Below are positions 39,243 through 52,979 of a stretch of 64,000 nucleotides of DNA, one piece after another. Positions within the stretch are counted from its first letter, which is position 1, and every line of letters begins with the position of its first letter. The DNA comes from Camelus dromedarius. Lineage: Eukaryota. The translations under genes were made by a program, and so were the position numbers. The notes under the pieces are model-generated. The model was not told the origin of the DNA. It saw only the letters and a list, made by a program, of their open reading frames with translations, and made no database searches. Location: contig NC_087437.1 of assembly GCF_036321535.1 (NCBI RefSeq), forward strand, positions 64,916,001 through 64,980,000, written 5' to 3'.

Positions 39243-39589
39243 TTCTACACTAAACCTCCTAAGAGAAGACCCCCATGACAGCCTAGAATTGGTATTGACA
39301 TAGGAATGTTCAAAGATGCTGGTTACGTGTGGACCTCTGACCATGCCAGAGTCACACCTGACATTTCTGTGCCACCTGGTTCCTTGTCAGCACGGAGCTG
39401 GAGCTTTAAGTGTGTCTGTAGATTTGGTGGGGAAGGGTGGGAAGTTTTTAAAAAGTGAAAAGAAAAAATTTTAATTCCTTCAAGTCTTTTTTGATAAAAC
39501 TTGTTACAGTCTGATCATTTTTGTTTTCTTTGCTTTATGCTTATGTTAACCAGCTGTACTGCCAGTTTGCACTGGTTAATGTATTCTTG

Positions 39590-40140
39590 GTTATTCATTC
39601 CATCATTCAAAGATATTTGTTGGGTGACAAGGAGGTGACAGGCACAGTATGAGGCTCTTGTGTTTGAACAGTGAGTCAGAGACAAACCCAGCCAGCTTTC
39701 TCAGAGCCTACAGGAGCCAGGCCATTCCCGAGAATTGTGAAAAGCACTGCCTGGGCATCAGATGAGGCACTTTGGGAAAACAGAGGGAGGCCCCTTTCCC
39801 AGGTTATCAGTCAGGGAAGGCTTCTTGAGGAGGTGAGGGTGCAGCTGAAGACCTAAGGAGTAAATAGTACTTGGCCTGGTGAAGGGAGTGGAGTGGTGGC
39901 TGGTGACATGGAATAGTGCTCCGGCTGAGAGGTCCCCATGTGGGGAGACCTGGGGAAGACAGCAATCCTACCATGGGAAGGACTGAGGCAAGTTCAGGGT
40001 GGCTGAAACCCTGAGTGTAGGGTGGTGCGTGAGAGGGATGAGGCCGCAGAGAAAGGCTGAGGGCAAACCTGACTGGCCAGGGTACAGAAGTTGAACTTTA
40101 CCCTTAGGAAAATGGGAAAACATTTGAAGAGTGACATGAA
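39590..40140 (-). mobile_element. L2 3' fragment
   Basis: attcattccatcattcaaagatatttgttgggtg...gtcagggaaggcttcttgaggaggtga...agctgaagacctaagga. Confidence 0.7.
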
Positions 40141-40355
40141 AAAGCACAAACATTAACAAATCATTCCAATACGTATATGGCCTTCTTCTAATATCATTTC
40201 TTGATCACTGTTGGATGTGGTAACACTCCCTGTGGACCATGTGCAACTTGGGAGTCATCTTCCTTTCCCGTTTTCTCTGCCTTCTCCCCGAGGAGTCTGT
40301 GCAGTCTCCACCCCTCATCCTGCCCAGGTTCAGGAAGAACTCAGACTGCCTGTGA

Positions 40356-40883
<528 letters not shown>

Positions 40884-41759
40884 TAGATTTAGGTCAGCTT
40901 AGACATTAAGTAAAAGCAGAGTGAGTTCTGGTTGCAGTGCTGAGGACGTAGCCCTGCCTCCCATGCCGCTCACCACCTAAGAATGCAGACAAGAAGACTC
41001 CTGCACTCCCCAGGATCCATCAGTGGTCACTTGTGAGCCTCCTGCCCCTGCCACATTCCCTACTATAGCCAGCCTTCCTGATGGGTGGTCATTCCTCCGC
41101 CGACTAAACACTCTTGGTGATGGAGTGCCCTCTGGCCACAGGCAGCCCGTTCCTTGTTGGACATCTCTAAGTGCCGTGCAGCCAGGTCCTACCTCCCAGT
41201 AACAACTGCCCCACTCCCGTCAGTTCTGCTGTCTGGACCCAAAGCCTTTTCCTAGCCTCCCACCTCTGCCTCTTTCAAGGATCAAAGGAACCCAGATCCC
41301 CACCACCAGCCTGGAACAATGAACCTTTAGACATTTTACAAACAGAAGTAGACAGCCTGTCTGAGCTTCCTGACATGAGGAAAAGGAGGGGGAGGCATCA
41401 GCTTTACCTTTTTCAGCCCCAACTAATATCTTACAATGTGAACTCCAAAACTTAACTCTCTGAGCCACCCACTGAGCCTAACGTCCCCAAAGGGGACATG
41501 CCTCTAAATTGAGGAATTGCTTGCTGGGGGATTACTCTTAAAATGCCTGGGTTAAGTGGGAAGGTAGGAGGGACTAGGGTGATAGGCATTTGTCACTAGC
41601 AGATTTGACAGCTCTCAAAACTTTTATTGTAAGGGCACATGGATGAACAGTATGGGAGCAGATTCTGGGATTACTTTGACAATGAGGCAAGGGAAATTGA
41701 GGTGAGAGATGGGGATACAGTCAGGATTTGGAAATGAGGGCCTATCAGAGGGGTTTGGA

Positions 41760-42485
<726 letters not shown>

Positions 42486-42609
42486 TAATGGAACCCCAAA
42501 TCCCCGAGTTCCCCTCTGGCTACTCCTGTTGCCCAAATCTAAGGAAATAGGAGCTTCCAAGTAGATGGCCACCTTGAGACCATCACCCTTCATTGGTAGA
42601 AGAAAGAAC

Positions 42610-43030
42610 ATTGGGCTTAGAATTAAAAGATGGGGGTCAGGATCCTCATGCTCCCACTCCCTTGCTTAGTAACCAGCGGCAGACCAGTTGTCTTCTCTGG
42701 CCTCTGCTTCTGCATCTGAAAGATGGGCATAAAGGTCTCTGTCTCCCACACTGAAGTGAATATCAAATGTGATATCTGAGAGCCATGCCTAAAGCATACC
42801 TACTCTCTGTGGGAGCACAGAGAGCGGTGGTCAGCCCCGGTCTGGAGTTAGACTCAGGTGTAGGTCCCCGCTCTGCACTGACAGGGTGTGTGAACTCGGG
42901 CAAGCCCCTTCCATGTTTTCAGCCTCAATTTCTGTATGATGGGACTTGCCCTAGTACCTATCTCGTGGAGAGTTGTCAGGATTGAGATGATGTGTGTAAA
43001 GCACTCAGTGAGCAGTAAGTGGGCAGGGAA
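42610..43030 (+). mobile_element. Two adjacent MIR SINEs
   Basis: Cores gcttctgcatctgaaagatggg and ctctgcactgacagggtgtgtgaactcgggcaagccccttc...gtgtgtaaagcactcag. Confidence 0.65.
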
Positions 43031-44569
43031 CTTAAGTTGTGATCACTCAGCACCCCTTGGATGGATGGGTTAGGGCCCCACATTCCTGTCTTGTAACCCA
43101 GGACTGCTGCAGTGGGTTACTGGCACAAAATTCAGAGCCTATTTCAATGAGCTTTATGTGCTGGTTAAATAAAAAAACTGAAAAAAGTGGGGTGGGGAAC
43201 ACCCAGTAGGCCACCCAGGGAACCAGTAGCAACAATGTGAGGAAATCAGTGCATATTCTATGATTGTTCAGAGGTAGATCATCCCACCTTACAAATTACT
43301 TCCAACTTTGTGTATAATACTTTGGCTGTTAAGTCTGATCCTTTTACATTCAACCTCTGATTTTCCCAAGCCTGTCCTTGAACTCTCGGCCTTAGGGAAC
43401 ATCTATCCTTTTCCAATCTCTAGGTGTATCCTCAGAGATTCAGGGTGGCTCTATTTTCTCCAGAGCCTGCAGAATTAGCTCTGATTGACCCCAAAGTTTA
43501 AAGTCTCTTTAATTAGCAAGTCTCCCTTACAGTTTTTGAAGGATGAAAGTCCCCACACGTGACAGTCCTGATTTTCTGTCTTCTAATTTTGAATAGCACT
43601 GCTTACTACCTCCACTCCCAACCGCCTTTGGGTCAAACTCTGCCGCCTTTTCACTCCCATGGGAAAGTGGTATTCCCCTCGGTTTTAATTCCTACCTCCA
43701 GGCTCACTGTAACTTCTTAGAGCCCTTGTTTTCTGATATTTTTATGCCCTTGCTTGCATCATTTGAGATGACCCTGTCAAATCAGTTCTTGGATCATTTA
43801 AAATATTAACATATCTGATATCCCTAAAGTAATTTTTTTGTCTCTAATAAAAATTGGGTCGGATTTATAATACACATTAACCTTAGGGGGAAATTCCTCC
43901 AAAAGCACTTTCACCATTCTTCCAAGTCTGGGGTAAGCTTGTTTCTGGGAAAGGCAGTGGGTTTGGAAAATCATGGGTAGGAAAAAATCATAGGGATTGA
44001 CGTAGAAAGAGAAGAAACAGAAGTCGAAGTTAGCTCCAGTGGTGCATGACCTTGTGTGTTTGTTTCATTTCCTCAATAAATATTTCTTGACAAACAGATA
44101 GTAAAGAATTGCAGCTATGACTGCCAACTAAGCAGGAGCAATTCTATAATGCTACGGTCTTTAAGAATTTAAAGGTGTTCCCTGGTCCTTACTGTGGTCA
44201 AAGTAGCAGGGACGTGGGGCTACCCTGATGCCTCTGACTGGACTTTAAGCCCTTTCAGGACAAAGACAGGTCTTACTTGATCTTCCACAAGAGTCTGACA
44301 TAGTGCTGAACCCACAAAAGTTCTTTAGTGAGCATTTATTGCATTTACTAAGCGTGAACATAACATTCCTCTATCTTAATGGGGTAGCACAGCACTTGGT
44401 GCTCACGAGAACTGAAATTCTTTTCCTGAGTAACATTTACTCATAAAATATTGGCATTTCACCCTGACTCAAGTTCATCTTATAATCTGTCCCTTCAAGA
44501 TTCAGAAGTATGTGTTCACAACTGGTGAGGAATCCAGGCTGTGGAGTTTTCCACTCAGCTTGGGGAGGA

Positions 44570-45300
44570 CAGTAGAGCTTAGTGGTTAAGGGCACCAGGT
44601 TTGAGGCATAGACGTGAGTTTGAACCTACCTCTGCTACCTACCTCTCTCTGTTCTAGCTTCCTCTTGTCTTGGTTTCCTCATCTAAAATGCAGCTAATAG
44701 TCCTACCCACTGGATCAGGATTAAATTTGATTGTGAGTAAGCAAAAGCCTAAAATATTAGTGGCTTAAACAATAAAGAACCTTATCACTCCTCATGTATA
44801 AATTTGGAGGTAGACAGACTGGAACTAGTGTGGTGGCCCTGTTCCATTGAGTTCTCAGGGACCCACGCTCCTTCCAGCTCACCAAGAAAGAAGGTCATCT
44901 TCTTCCTCATGGTCCAAGATGGCAGCCAGCACATCTGCCTCCCAGATAACAGAGTGGAAGAAGAGGTAAAGAAGCAAAGGGCAAAGGAGTTCCCACACTG
45001 TTTTTAAGAAAGTTTCTGAGAACCAACCTGTGACATGTCTGCTTACATTCTGTCTGCCAGAACTGAGTCACATGTCCATGTCCATCTGTAAGAGAGGAAG
45101 GGAAATACTGACTTTATTCTGGACGGCCAGGTACATGACCAGAATTCTGTGACCATGAGAGAAAGAAAGAGTAGACACTGGGAGACAGCTGGAAATCTCT
45201 GCGTCACCACTTAGGGAGTCATGGTGGGAAGTAGTGAGGTGCCACATCTCAAATCTTTTCAAGGTACCTAATAGGGCTCAGTGAATGGTCAATTCTATCA
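44570..45300. mobile_element. MIR interrupted by an old MaLR LTR (MLT1J/K-like, about 44710-45200)
   Basis: MIR head tagtggttaagggcacc...tttcctcatctaaaatg; MLT-like tagtggcttaaacaataaaga...ctcatggtccaagatggc...gccagaactgagtcacatg. Confidence 0.65.
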
Positions 45301-45479
45301 CCATTGTATCATTTGGAGAAAGAAGAGGGTCTGAAAAGAAGGAATTGAGGCCTTTCTCTGAACTACGAGAGGCCCTCTTAGGATGTGGAAGTATAACGCT
45401 GGGGTCTGGAAGCTACCATAGGTCAGAAACGATGTGCCCTCTCCTTTAACCACTGGGTCTCTCCCCTCCCTCCTTGCAG

Positions 45480-45599
45480 GAGCAGATCTTGTGATTAATG
45501 AAGTGATGTGGTGGGACCATGGAGTGTATTATTGCACCATTGAGGCTCCAGGGGACACGTCAGGAGACCCAGATAAGGAAGTGAAGCTCATTGTCCTGC
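45480..45599 (+). CDS. ILDR1: ILDR1 coding exon 4 (Ig domain end), 120 nt
   Basis: ttgcag|[44 protein letters not shown] with the D-x-G-x-Y-x-C motif; donor C|gtaagt. Confidence 0.97.
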
Positions 45600-45890
45600 G
45601 TAAGTTCTTCTGGAGCTTTTTCTTTTGCCACCCCACTATGACACTTCTACATACAGAAAAAAACAAAAAGCAAAACAGAAACAGAAACAAGAAAACCTAG
45701 GCTATTGTTGTCAACTGCCAAACTCTGGAGTTCTCTTACCAAAGCTAAACTCTTTTTTTTTTTTTGGCCTGTATATTGCCCAACCTTAACCTGTAGCTCA
45801 AGAGCTTCTGTGTTAGACCTCCAGAATGCTCCAGCCTGAAGCATGCCCCTGCATATGTAGTTCAACCCCTGCTCGGCTTCTCCGCTGCAG

Positions 45891-46037
45891 ACTGGCTGAC
45901 GGTGATCTTCATCATCCTGGGAGCCCTCCTCCTGCTGCTGCTGATTGGGGTGTGCTGGTGCCAGTGCTGCCCTCAATATTGCTGCTGCTACATCCGCTGC
46001 CCCTGCTGTCCCACCCGCTGCTGCTGCCCCGAGGAAG
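45891..46037 (+). CDS. ILDR1: ILDR1 coding exon 5 (transmembrane helix plus Cys-rich LSR-family domain), 147 nt
   Basis: ctgcag|[53 protein letters not shown]; donor G|gtgaga. Confidence 0.97.
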
Positions 46038-46464
46038 GTGAGAGGGGACGAACGGGCCGAGGGATGGGGTGGTGCAGGAGCCTGCGCCCCAGACGGATCG
46101 GTTTCACATGCCCAGCTCAGAACCTCGGGTTCTTCCAGGTTCTCCTCCATGCCCTTCTCCCATCACAGGCCTAGAGGTCTTTGGCCTCAGACCACAAAAT
46201 GATACTCATGGAAGCTGTAGAGCCAAGGGGAGGGCTTCTGTCCTTTCACATCCTAGCCTGCCTGAGGCCTTCTTCAGATGGCTCTGCACACCACCGGCCT
46301 TTCCTCAGCAGCCCTGATACACCTGTGCTCCGGTATTTGCTCCCAGCACTGACCTTGCTTGGACATGAGGTGGCTGGAGGGAGTGGTTTGCATGTAGCAG
46401 TGAAAGATAAGTCCACTCCTTAGAGATGACTGGAAAAGAACAGATCAGCAAAGAGAGGTGTTGG

Positions 46465-46595
46465 AGTGGGGGTTCTCAAACTTAAGCATGTCCAGAGATT
46501 CTGATTTCACCAGTCTTGGGGGAAGGGGCTGAGAATTTGTACTTCTCAGGTGATGCAATGCTGCTGGTCTGGGGGAACCCTTTGAGAACCTCTGT
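46465..46595. mobile_element. MER5A-like fragment
   Basis: ggttctcaaacttaagcatg...cagagattctgatttc...gctgagaatttg...caggtgatgc...tgctgctggtct...ctttgagaacc. Confidence 0.65.
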
Positions 46596-49234
46596 TTTAG
46601 ACAAAAGAAAGAGGGGGCAGAAGATCTTGCTCTAACGTGATCTGTCTTTGAGCTGAAATTTGACCTTATAAAACAGAATTATGACATGTCCTAAAAAATG
46701 TGGCTGCAGAATGCATGGTGAGGGCAAAAGAATAAAAATTACTCTACAAAGATCTTTTCTTACTAAATAGATGGAGCAGAGTCAACAGCTTTAAATGGAA
46801 GGATTTTTTGTGTGTTTAAAATGATTTTTTGTGTGTTTAAATAATATTTCCCTTTCCTGATGATGTAAGTAAAGTGTTACATTGTATAAAATTTGAGAAA
46901 TTCAGGAAAATGTAAAGACTAAATCTGAGCACCCAGATATAAGCACTCTTATTATTTTGGTCCATTTGAAAGGAAATTTTTTAAAACAAAAGATAAGAAA
47001 TTTTCTCTTAAGATAGAAACAAAATCTAATCTACAATGTCAGGTGGGTCAGTGGTCTGAGTCTGGTTTCAGGCCTATGTTCTGAGGTTGCTGTGTTACAG
47101 GAAAAGAGAACTAACTTTTATTGGATGTCCGCTGTGTGTGGGCCCTTTGCATATATTTCCCTTTTGAATCCTCACAACCCTAGAAGGCAGGTATCATCAT
47201 TACTTAACAATGAGGAGACTGAAGGTCAGAGGAATCACACAGCTGGTAAGTAGCAGAAGCAGTGCAGTGTTGCATTCATGTGACTTACAAGTGCCTGAAT
47301 TTCCCACCAGGGAGGCTGCCACAACCTCTGTGGGTAGGTCACTGTGGGACTGGCTGAGATAGCAGTGAACTCCTTAAAGAGACAGAAAACAGCAGAGAAC
47401 TCAGCATCAGGCCAGGGAGCTCTCTACTTTTCAGGGGCCTCTGGGAGAGCAGCCAGGGAGAAGCCACTGTCACTGGAGTAGTAATATGCAGACTGAGATG
47501 AGAAAAACCCTCCCAAGATACCTTCTTAGAAACCCTAGGTCAGCAGAGCCCTCAGAATAGGCAGCATTAGGGATAAAGTCAGCACAAACAATAAACGTAT
47601 CCACTGTCAGTAAAGCTGAAAAACAGGTTCTGGGAGAAAGTGGTTTCTCCTAAGTGGTTAGAGTTCTTTTAGGAGAACTGGTAAGATAAAGAAAAGTAGG
47701 CCACAAATAAAGATCCCTGAACTTGAGCAGATGAGATCACTTTCAAAGTGAGTCACTTGAGGAGACTGTCCTGAGAAATTTGGTGACAAGAAGAGATTAC
47801 ACAGAGGGGGCAGAAGTTGTAAAGGAAAGTGCTTGGATGGGGAAGAGGGTGAGTGTATATGATTGTTGATTTTTTTTTTTTTGGAATAAGGTAACCCTAA
47901 GCATATTTGTAGACAAAGAACCAAGGCCAATAGGAGAGAGAAGTGAAGCATTATGAGTGAGGTGATGACTGAGGAGAGATGGAGCCAGTGGGAGTGACAT
48001 CAGGCTTGCAGTGAAAGGACTGCCTTTAGAAAGGAAAAGAAAAGGAAGCCTGACCTCTGCCAAGGAGATAGAGGAAGTTGTTAAAATGTGGAAGATGATT
48101 AAAGTATGAGGAAAGAGACTGTGGGAGTGAGCTCACACTGGCCTGTCTCTATTTCAGCAAATCAAAATTCTAGGTGCAAAGGACAGCTTCGAGGATGTCA
48201 GTGGTTCTTGAACTTTCATGATCACAGCCCACCTCCCAGCCTTCTCCCACTTTCCAGTGGGAGTTAATAGAGGACCAGAGAAGAGAAGAATGAATATGAC
48301 ACCAAATTTTAGTAGCCTTGATAATTCACTTAATACTAGTAGACAACCTGCAGTAGAACTCCAAGATGAAAGTGATTGACACTGAACCTTATCTTTTTTG
48401 TGAGAACTGGAGAGACAACTTCCATCCCTAGGTCAGTTGCTGGCTCTCCGCCCAACAGAACCTCTGGGCACACCCTGCAGTGGGCCAAGGGCCACAGGGA
48501 GAATGTCTGACCTACGCCACCCACTTCCCCAACCCTTCACCTGAGGGAAGTGAGACCTCCAGAGGTTTTTCCGCAGTGCACAGCTTGTTAGTGAGCCCTG
48601 GACTAGACCTAGAGCTCTTGATTCCATGTCCAGGGCTGGTTCGTCTTCCTCAACAAAGATATGCCATCAGTTCATAGGGAGGGGAAGACATGAGAAGTGG
48701 GGAATGTCTACACTGGTCACCAGGTCAGTCAAGGAAAGGCACATTGGGAGAACGAGGGTGGCTGCCTGCCTGTGCAGCCAGTGTGGTTCCAGGAAGCATC
48801 AGCTGGTGGTTCTCTAAAGCTGAAATGGCAAGAGTTCAAGGGACATGAGATTCTAGGATGCTCCTAAGGATGTCACTGAAAGGACCGACAGTAAAGTCAG
48901 CAGGGACTACCACTATATGTAAAAAAGCAAAAGAACTGTGACCATGGGTCAGAGAGGGCAAGGACACTCTGTAGGAGTGGAGAGGGGGTGGTAAGGAATG
49001 GTAGGAAGTTGGTGCCCACAGATGATGCTGGCTGTAGGGGAGGAGAGGCGCGGGTCTCTGGAGGAAGGGAGGTGTTGAGTGTTATTTCACGAAGGGGACA
49101 TCTTAAAGAACATCCCCCAAGTTTTCCTCAGAAATGAGGATAAATATGCTTTTGGTGGTTTAGTCTCCAAATGTGTATGTTTTGTCTCCTGTGGGATCTA
49201 AGGTGAAAGAAGCAATTATTTTAATAATTTATTA

Positions 49235-49445
49235 AAACAGTGAGAGCCACCACCTATTGACTGTCCTGTATTAGGCATTTCATGTGTATTACCTCATTTA
49301 ACTTCAGCCACCTTCTGAAATAGGTATTATTATCCCCAGCTCCTAGATGAGGAGATTGGGCTCAGACACTCTGGAAATTCACTCAAAATTACCCAGATAA
49401 TACATGCTGGGATTCAAGTTGAAGTCCATGTGACCCTCAAAGCCT
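49235..49445 (-). mobile_element. MIR SINE
   Basis: tattacctcatttaac...aggtattattatcccc...agatgaggagattgggctcaga...gctgggattcaa; similar MIR fragments near 36400-36630, 40720-40850, 47110-47300, 50360-50560 and 54240-54790. Confidence 0.7.
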
Positions 49446-51801
49446 GTGTGTAAGGAAACTCATCCCTGAGGACCGTAATTCTCAGAATGTTGTTGCGAAT
49501 CCACAACAGTCAATTCCAGTTTTACTCCCTGCATAGAAGTCAGGGTGCTTGTTGAAAACATGGATTTTCACATGTGGTATTAGATTGAAGGCCAGTCTGG
49601 GAGTGGGATCCAGGAGTCTGTATATTTAAGTAGCTTGTTAAAGGTGACCAAGGCAGACTTTACCCCATGGCAGTTCAGAGGTAACTTATTAGGAATCTTT
49701 TGATGCTTTGTTCATTTCTCCATGTTTCTTATTTTATTGCCTGTCTGAGTCCCCATTAGGTGAACAACAGAAACCCCTGATGGTCTAGACTTCCCACAGA
49801 GCTGTTTACAGGGACAAGAGGGCAAGGGACAAGCTCAGATGCTTAATTTTTCTATTCCCATCTCATCAGTTCTAGTCCATCAGGGAAGGAAGGGGCCCTG
49901 GGAAAGTTTTGTGGCAGCTAAGAAGGGAGCAGGTGGGTTAATCTTGGAAGTGCATAAAAATTTGACAAGAGAGCTCATAATGGATCTGGAAGGGTCTCTA
50001 GGGAGTCATCTGTGCAGGGGGTCCCATTAATTTAAAAGTTATTTGGGGAGCAAGGAGTAAGCCCAACTCTCCCTTTCTCTCGTATTGAATTGGGGCAGTT
50101 GGAGTAGGAAGTGGCCAAAAGCGGGAATGGTACCATCTAGAGGAAACCAGGATTCAGTTAGAGGGGTTGGGGGTGGGTAGGGTTGTCCCAGTGGAACCAG
50201 ATCTTGGCAGGTCTTTGCAGCAGAGGTTAGTCTGGAGTGGGTTTTGAAAGATGTGGTGCTGAGGGAGAGAAATGAAGTGAGGAAGTACCACTGGGGAAGG
50301 TTTTTTGGGTTTTGGTTTTTTGCTTTATCACATAAATAAAGGAGTCTGGGGACTCTGTGGTTTGGCAGAAAGACTACAGGCTTGGGCGTCAGACAGACAC
50401 AGGGTCACACGCTGCCTCTGCCAGTCACCAGTTGTGGGACGTTGGGTCGGGAAGGTAGCCTCTCTAAGCCTAACTTCCTCATCTGATTCTCACATTAAGA
50501 GATTTCTCTGAGGATTAGCTCCTGTGAAGTGACTGGCACATGCTAAGCAGGGCCTTATGTGTGCTGAAGGCAGCATGTGTAGAGAGCTGGGGGAGGCATC
50601 TGTTAGCAAGAGGGAGAAGAAAGAGCCGGGCGAGTGGACTTTTCTGCAGAGGGCCTGGAGTACTGTCCGTTGGCATGAGGGTGTGGCAGCTCAGTGAGCT
50701 GCTCTAAGTTTGCATCTGATTTCCTCCGGGCTGGGCTGTGACTCACCATCAGGGCTGGAGCTCCAGACATTTCTGGGGGCTTGGCTGCAACCACTTCCTG
50801 TTGTGCTGGAAGTTGGTCTCATACTGGAGCCACTGGGTAGCCTTCCAGATGGCCCTCTAGCTGCTGGCCTCAGCAAATCCCCTACCCTATGCAGCTGGGT
50901 CCAGAGTGCCTGTCTTCTGCCCCCTCCTACAGTGGCAGGAGGCAGCCTCTGGCAGAGCCTTGCTACTTTAGGGATGGCCACAGGGCTTGAGGAACCCAGG
51001 AGGAGTGAGAGTGCCAGGCTGGGGGCACCTAGGAGACTGGAGAAACATGTCTATGGATCCCTTGTGCTGCTTTTTTCATATCATTTTCTTTGCCCTGAAA
51101 GGAAATGGTATCTCTCTTCTCCCTTCTCAGCCTCTACCCCACCCCTGAGAGTCCCCCTACTTAGGGAAAACCCCAGTACTTAGTAAAGTGAGGAGAAGAG
51201 CAGAGAGGATCCACTTCAGCTTTTTGCATTCTCTGCCTACTTCCCCCTGGTTTTCTCCCACCCAGGGCTGGCATTACCAGCTAGAAGAGTTCCTCAGTCC
51301 CTCTCTCTTTACCAGTAATTCGGCCCATTGACCTCAGCATCCCTCTTGTTTTCTTTTTCCACTTTGAGCAGGCGGTCCTGAGCTTCTCTGGCAGCCCCTG
51401 ACTCACAGCCTCCTCCAAGCCCTTTCCTTCTCTATTTGGCCTGTTGCCTGAAATTTTCATTGCCTGCTAATGTCTATGTGTCTACCTATACATTTTAGGT
51501 GACTTTGGGGATGAGCAGGATGATGAAATGTTTTCAAGACTAGGAAGCCAAGCTTTAAGAGTGTATTTTCCTAGGGTGCAGGAGTTGCATCTTGCTTAGG
51601 GAATTTATTCCCAGCTCCTTCCCAGGGGAACAGTTGATTCACTACTTCCCTTAACTCTTACTCCCAGGCAAGAGAAGTCACAGTAAAACTGGAGGAGAGA
51701 AAGTGGCCTCTTGGTAAGGCTACTAGGTGGAGAGAAGTGAAGTGGGAGGTGTGGGCCTTGCTGTGGCTGAGGGTCTGCATTTCTCCTTTTCCCCCCTGCA
51801 G

Positions 51802-51933
51802 CCCTGGCCCGCCACCGCTACATGAAGCAGGCTCAGGCGCTAGGCCCTCAGATGGTGGAAAAACCCCTGTACTGGGGGGCGGACAGGAGCTCCCCGTTTT
51901 CATCTTATCCAATGAACGCACTGCTGCAGCGAG
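51802..51933 (+). CDS. ILDR1: ILDR1 coding exon 6, 132 nt (not in the supplied ORF list in this frame)
   Basis: cccctgcag|CC CTG GCC CGC CAC...; [44 protein letters not shown]; donor G|gtaaac. Confidence 0.95.
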
Positions 51934-52152
51934 GTAAACCTTGCTAGAGATTTGGGGTGGGAGAGGGCAAAGGGCAAGGGTAGAAGCATGGGCTGCATCG
52001 GGACCTTCATGACCAATACGGTGGGCATCTTTATGACTGACGATGGGAGGGGGTGTATGCAAGCCAAATAAGGTGGCATTTTGGTGCCCTGATTCTGAGG
52101 AGCGTGTTTTAGGCCAGAAGTTCTGCATGTTCTTATCCTTATTTTCATTCAG

Positions 52153-52979
52153 ATTTGTCCCTGCGATCCAGCCTCCCAGAGATGCCGATGACCCAGACCA
52201 CTGCTCACCCTCCCATCACCAATGGTGTCCTAGAGTATTTGGAGAAAGAGCTGCGGAACCTCAACCCAGCCCAGCCTCTGCCCCATGACCTCCAAGCCAG
52301 ATCTGGCCATCCTTGTAGCATGCTGTCCTCCCTGGGGTCTGAGGTCGTGGAACGCAGAATCATCCACCTGCCTCCGCTCATCAGAGACCTGCCATCTTCG
52401 CGGAGGACCAGCAACTCCTCCCGCCAGCAGTGGCTCCCCTCGCCTTCCCCTGGACCCTGGGATCTGAGAGAGGGGAGGAGGCAGCACCACTACTCTGATT
52501 TCCACCGGGAGTTTCAGGACCGGGAGCCCAAGCGCTGGGCGCTGGAGCAAAGGGAGCTGGACCAGCCGCGGCGTGGAAGGCACCGCGGCTCCAGGCGGCG
52601 TGGGTCACCCACGCCCTGGTTGGACAGGGACAGCCTCAGCGACGGCTCCTTGTCCAGTGAGGCCCGCTGGCGGCCCAATCGCCCCCCTCTCCGGAGCCGC
52701 TACCCAGAGAGAGCCCGCAGGCCCAGCCCTCGGGGGAGCTTCCAGGGGCATCCAAGGCGCAGGCACCGCAGCTACTCCCCGCCCCCGCCCTCGGGCCTCA
52801 GTTCTTGGAGCTGGAGCTCGGAGGAGGCGAAGGAGGAGAGGCAGCCCCGGAACCGGGGGGCCCGCCGCCGCCGCTCGCGTTCGCCAAACTGGCCTGAAGA
52901 GAAGCCACCCAGCTACCGCTCACTGGATGTCTCCCCAGGCAAGGATGGCAGGAAAAAGGGGAGTGTGGAGAGGCGCTCG
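52153..52979 (+). CDS. ILDR1: ILDR1 coding exon 7 (cytoplasmic Arg/Ser/Pro-rich tail), 827 nt
   Basis: ttcag|AT TTG; ORF 52155 with [57 protein letters not shown]; donor TCG|gtgagc, phase 0. Confidence 0.96.
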
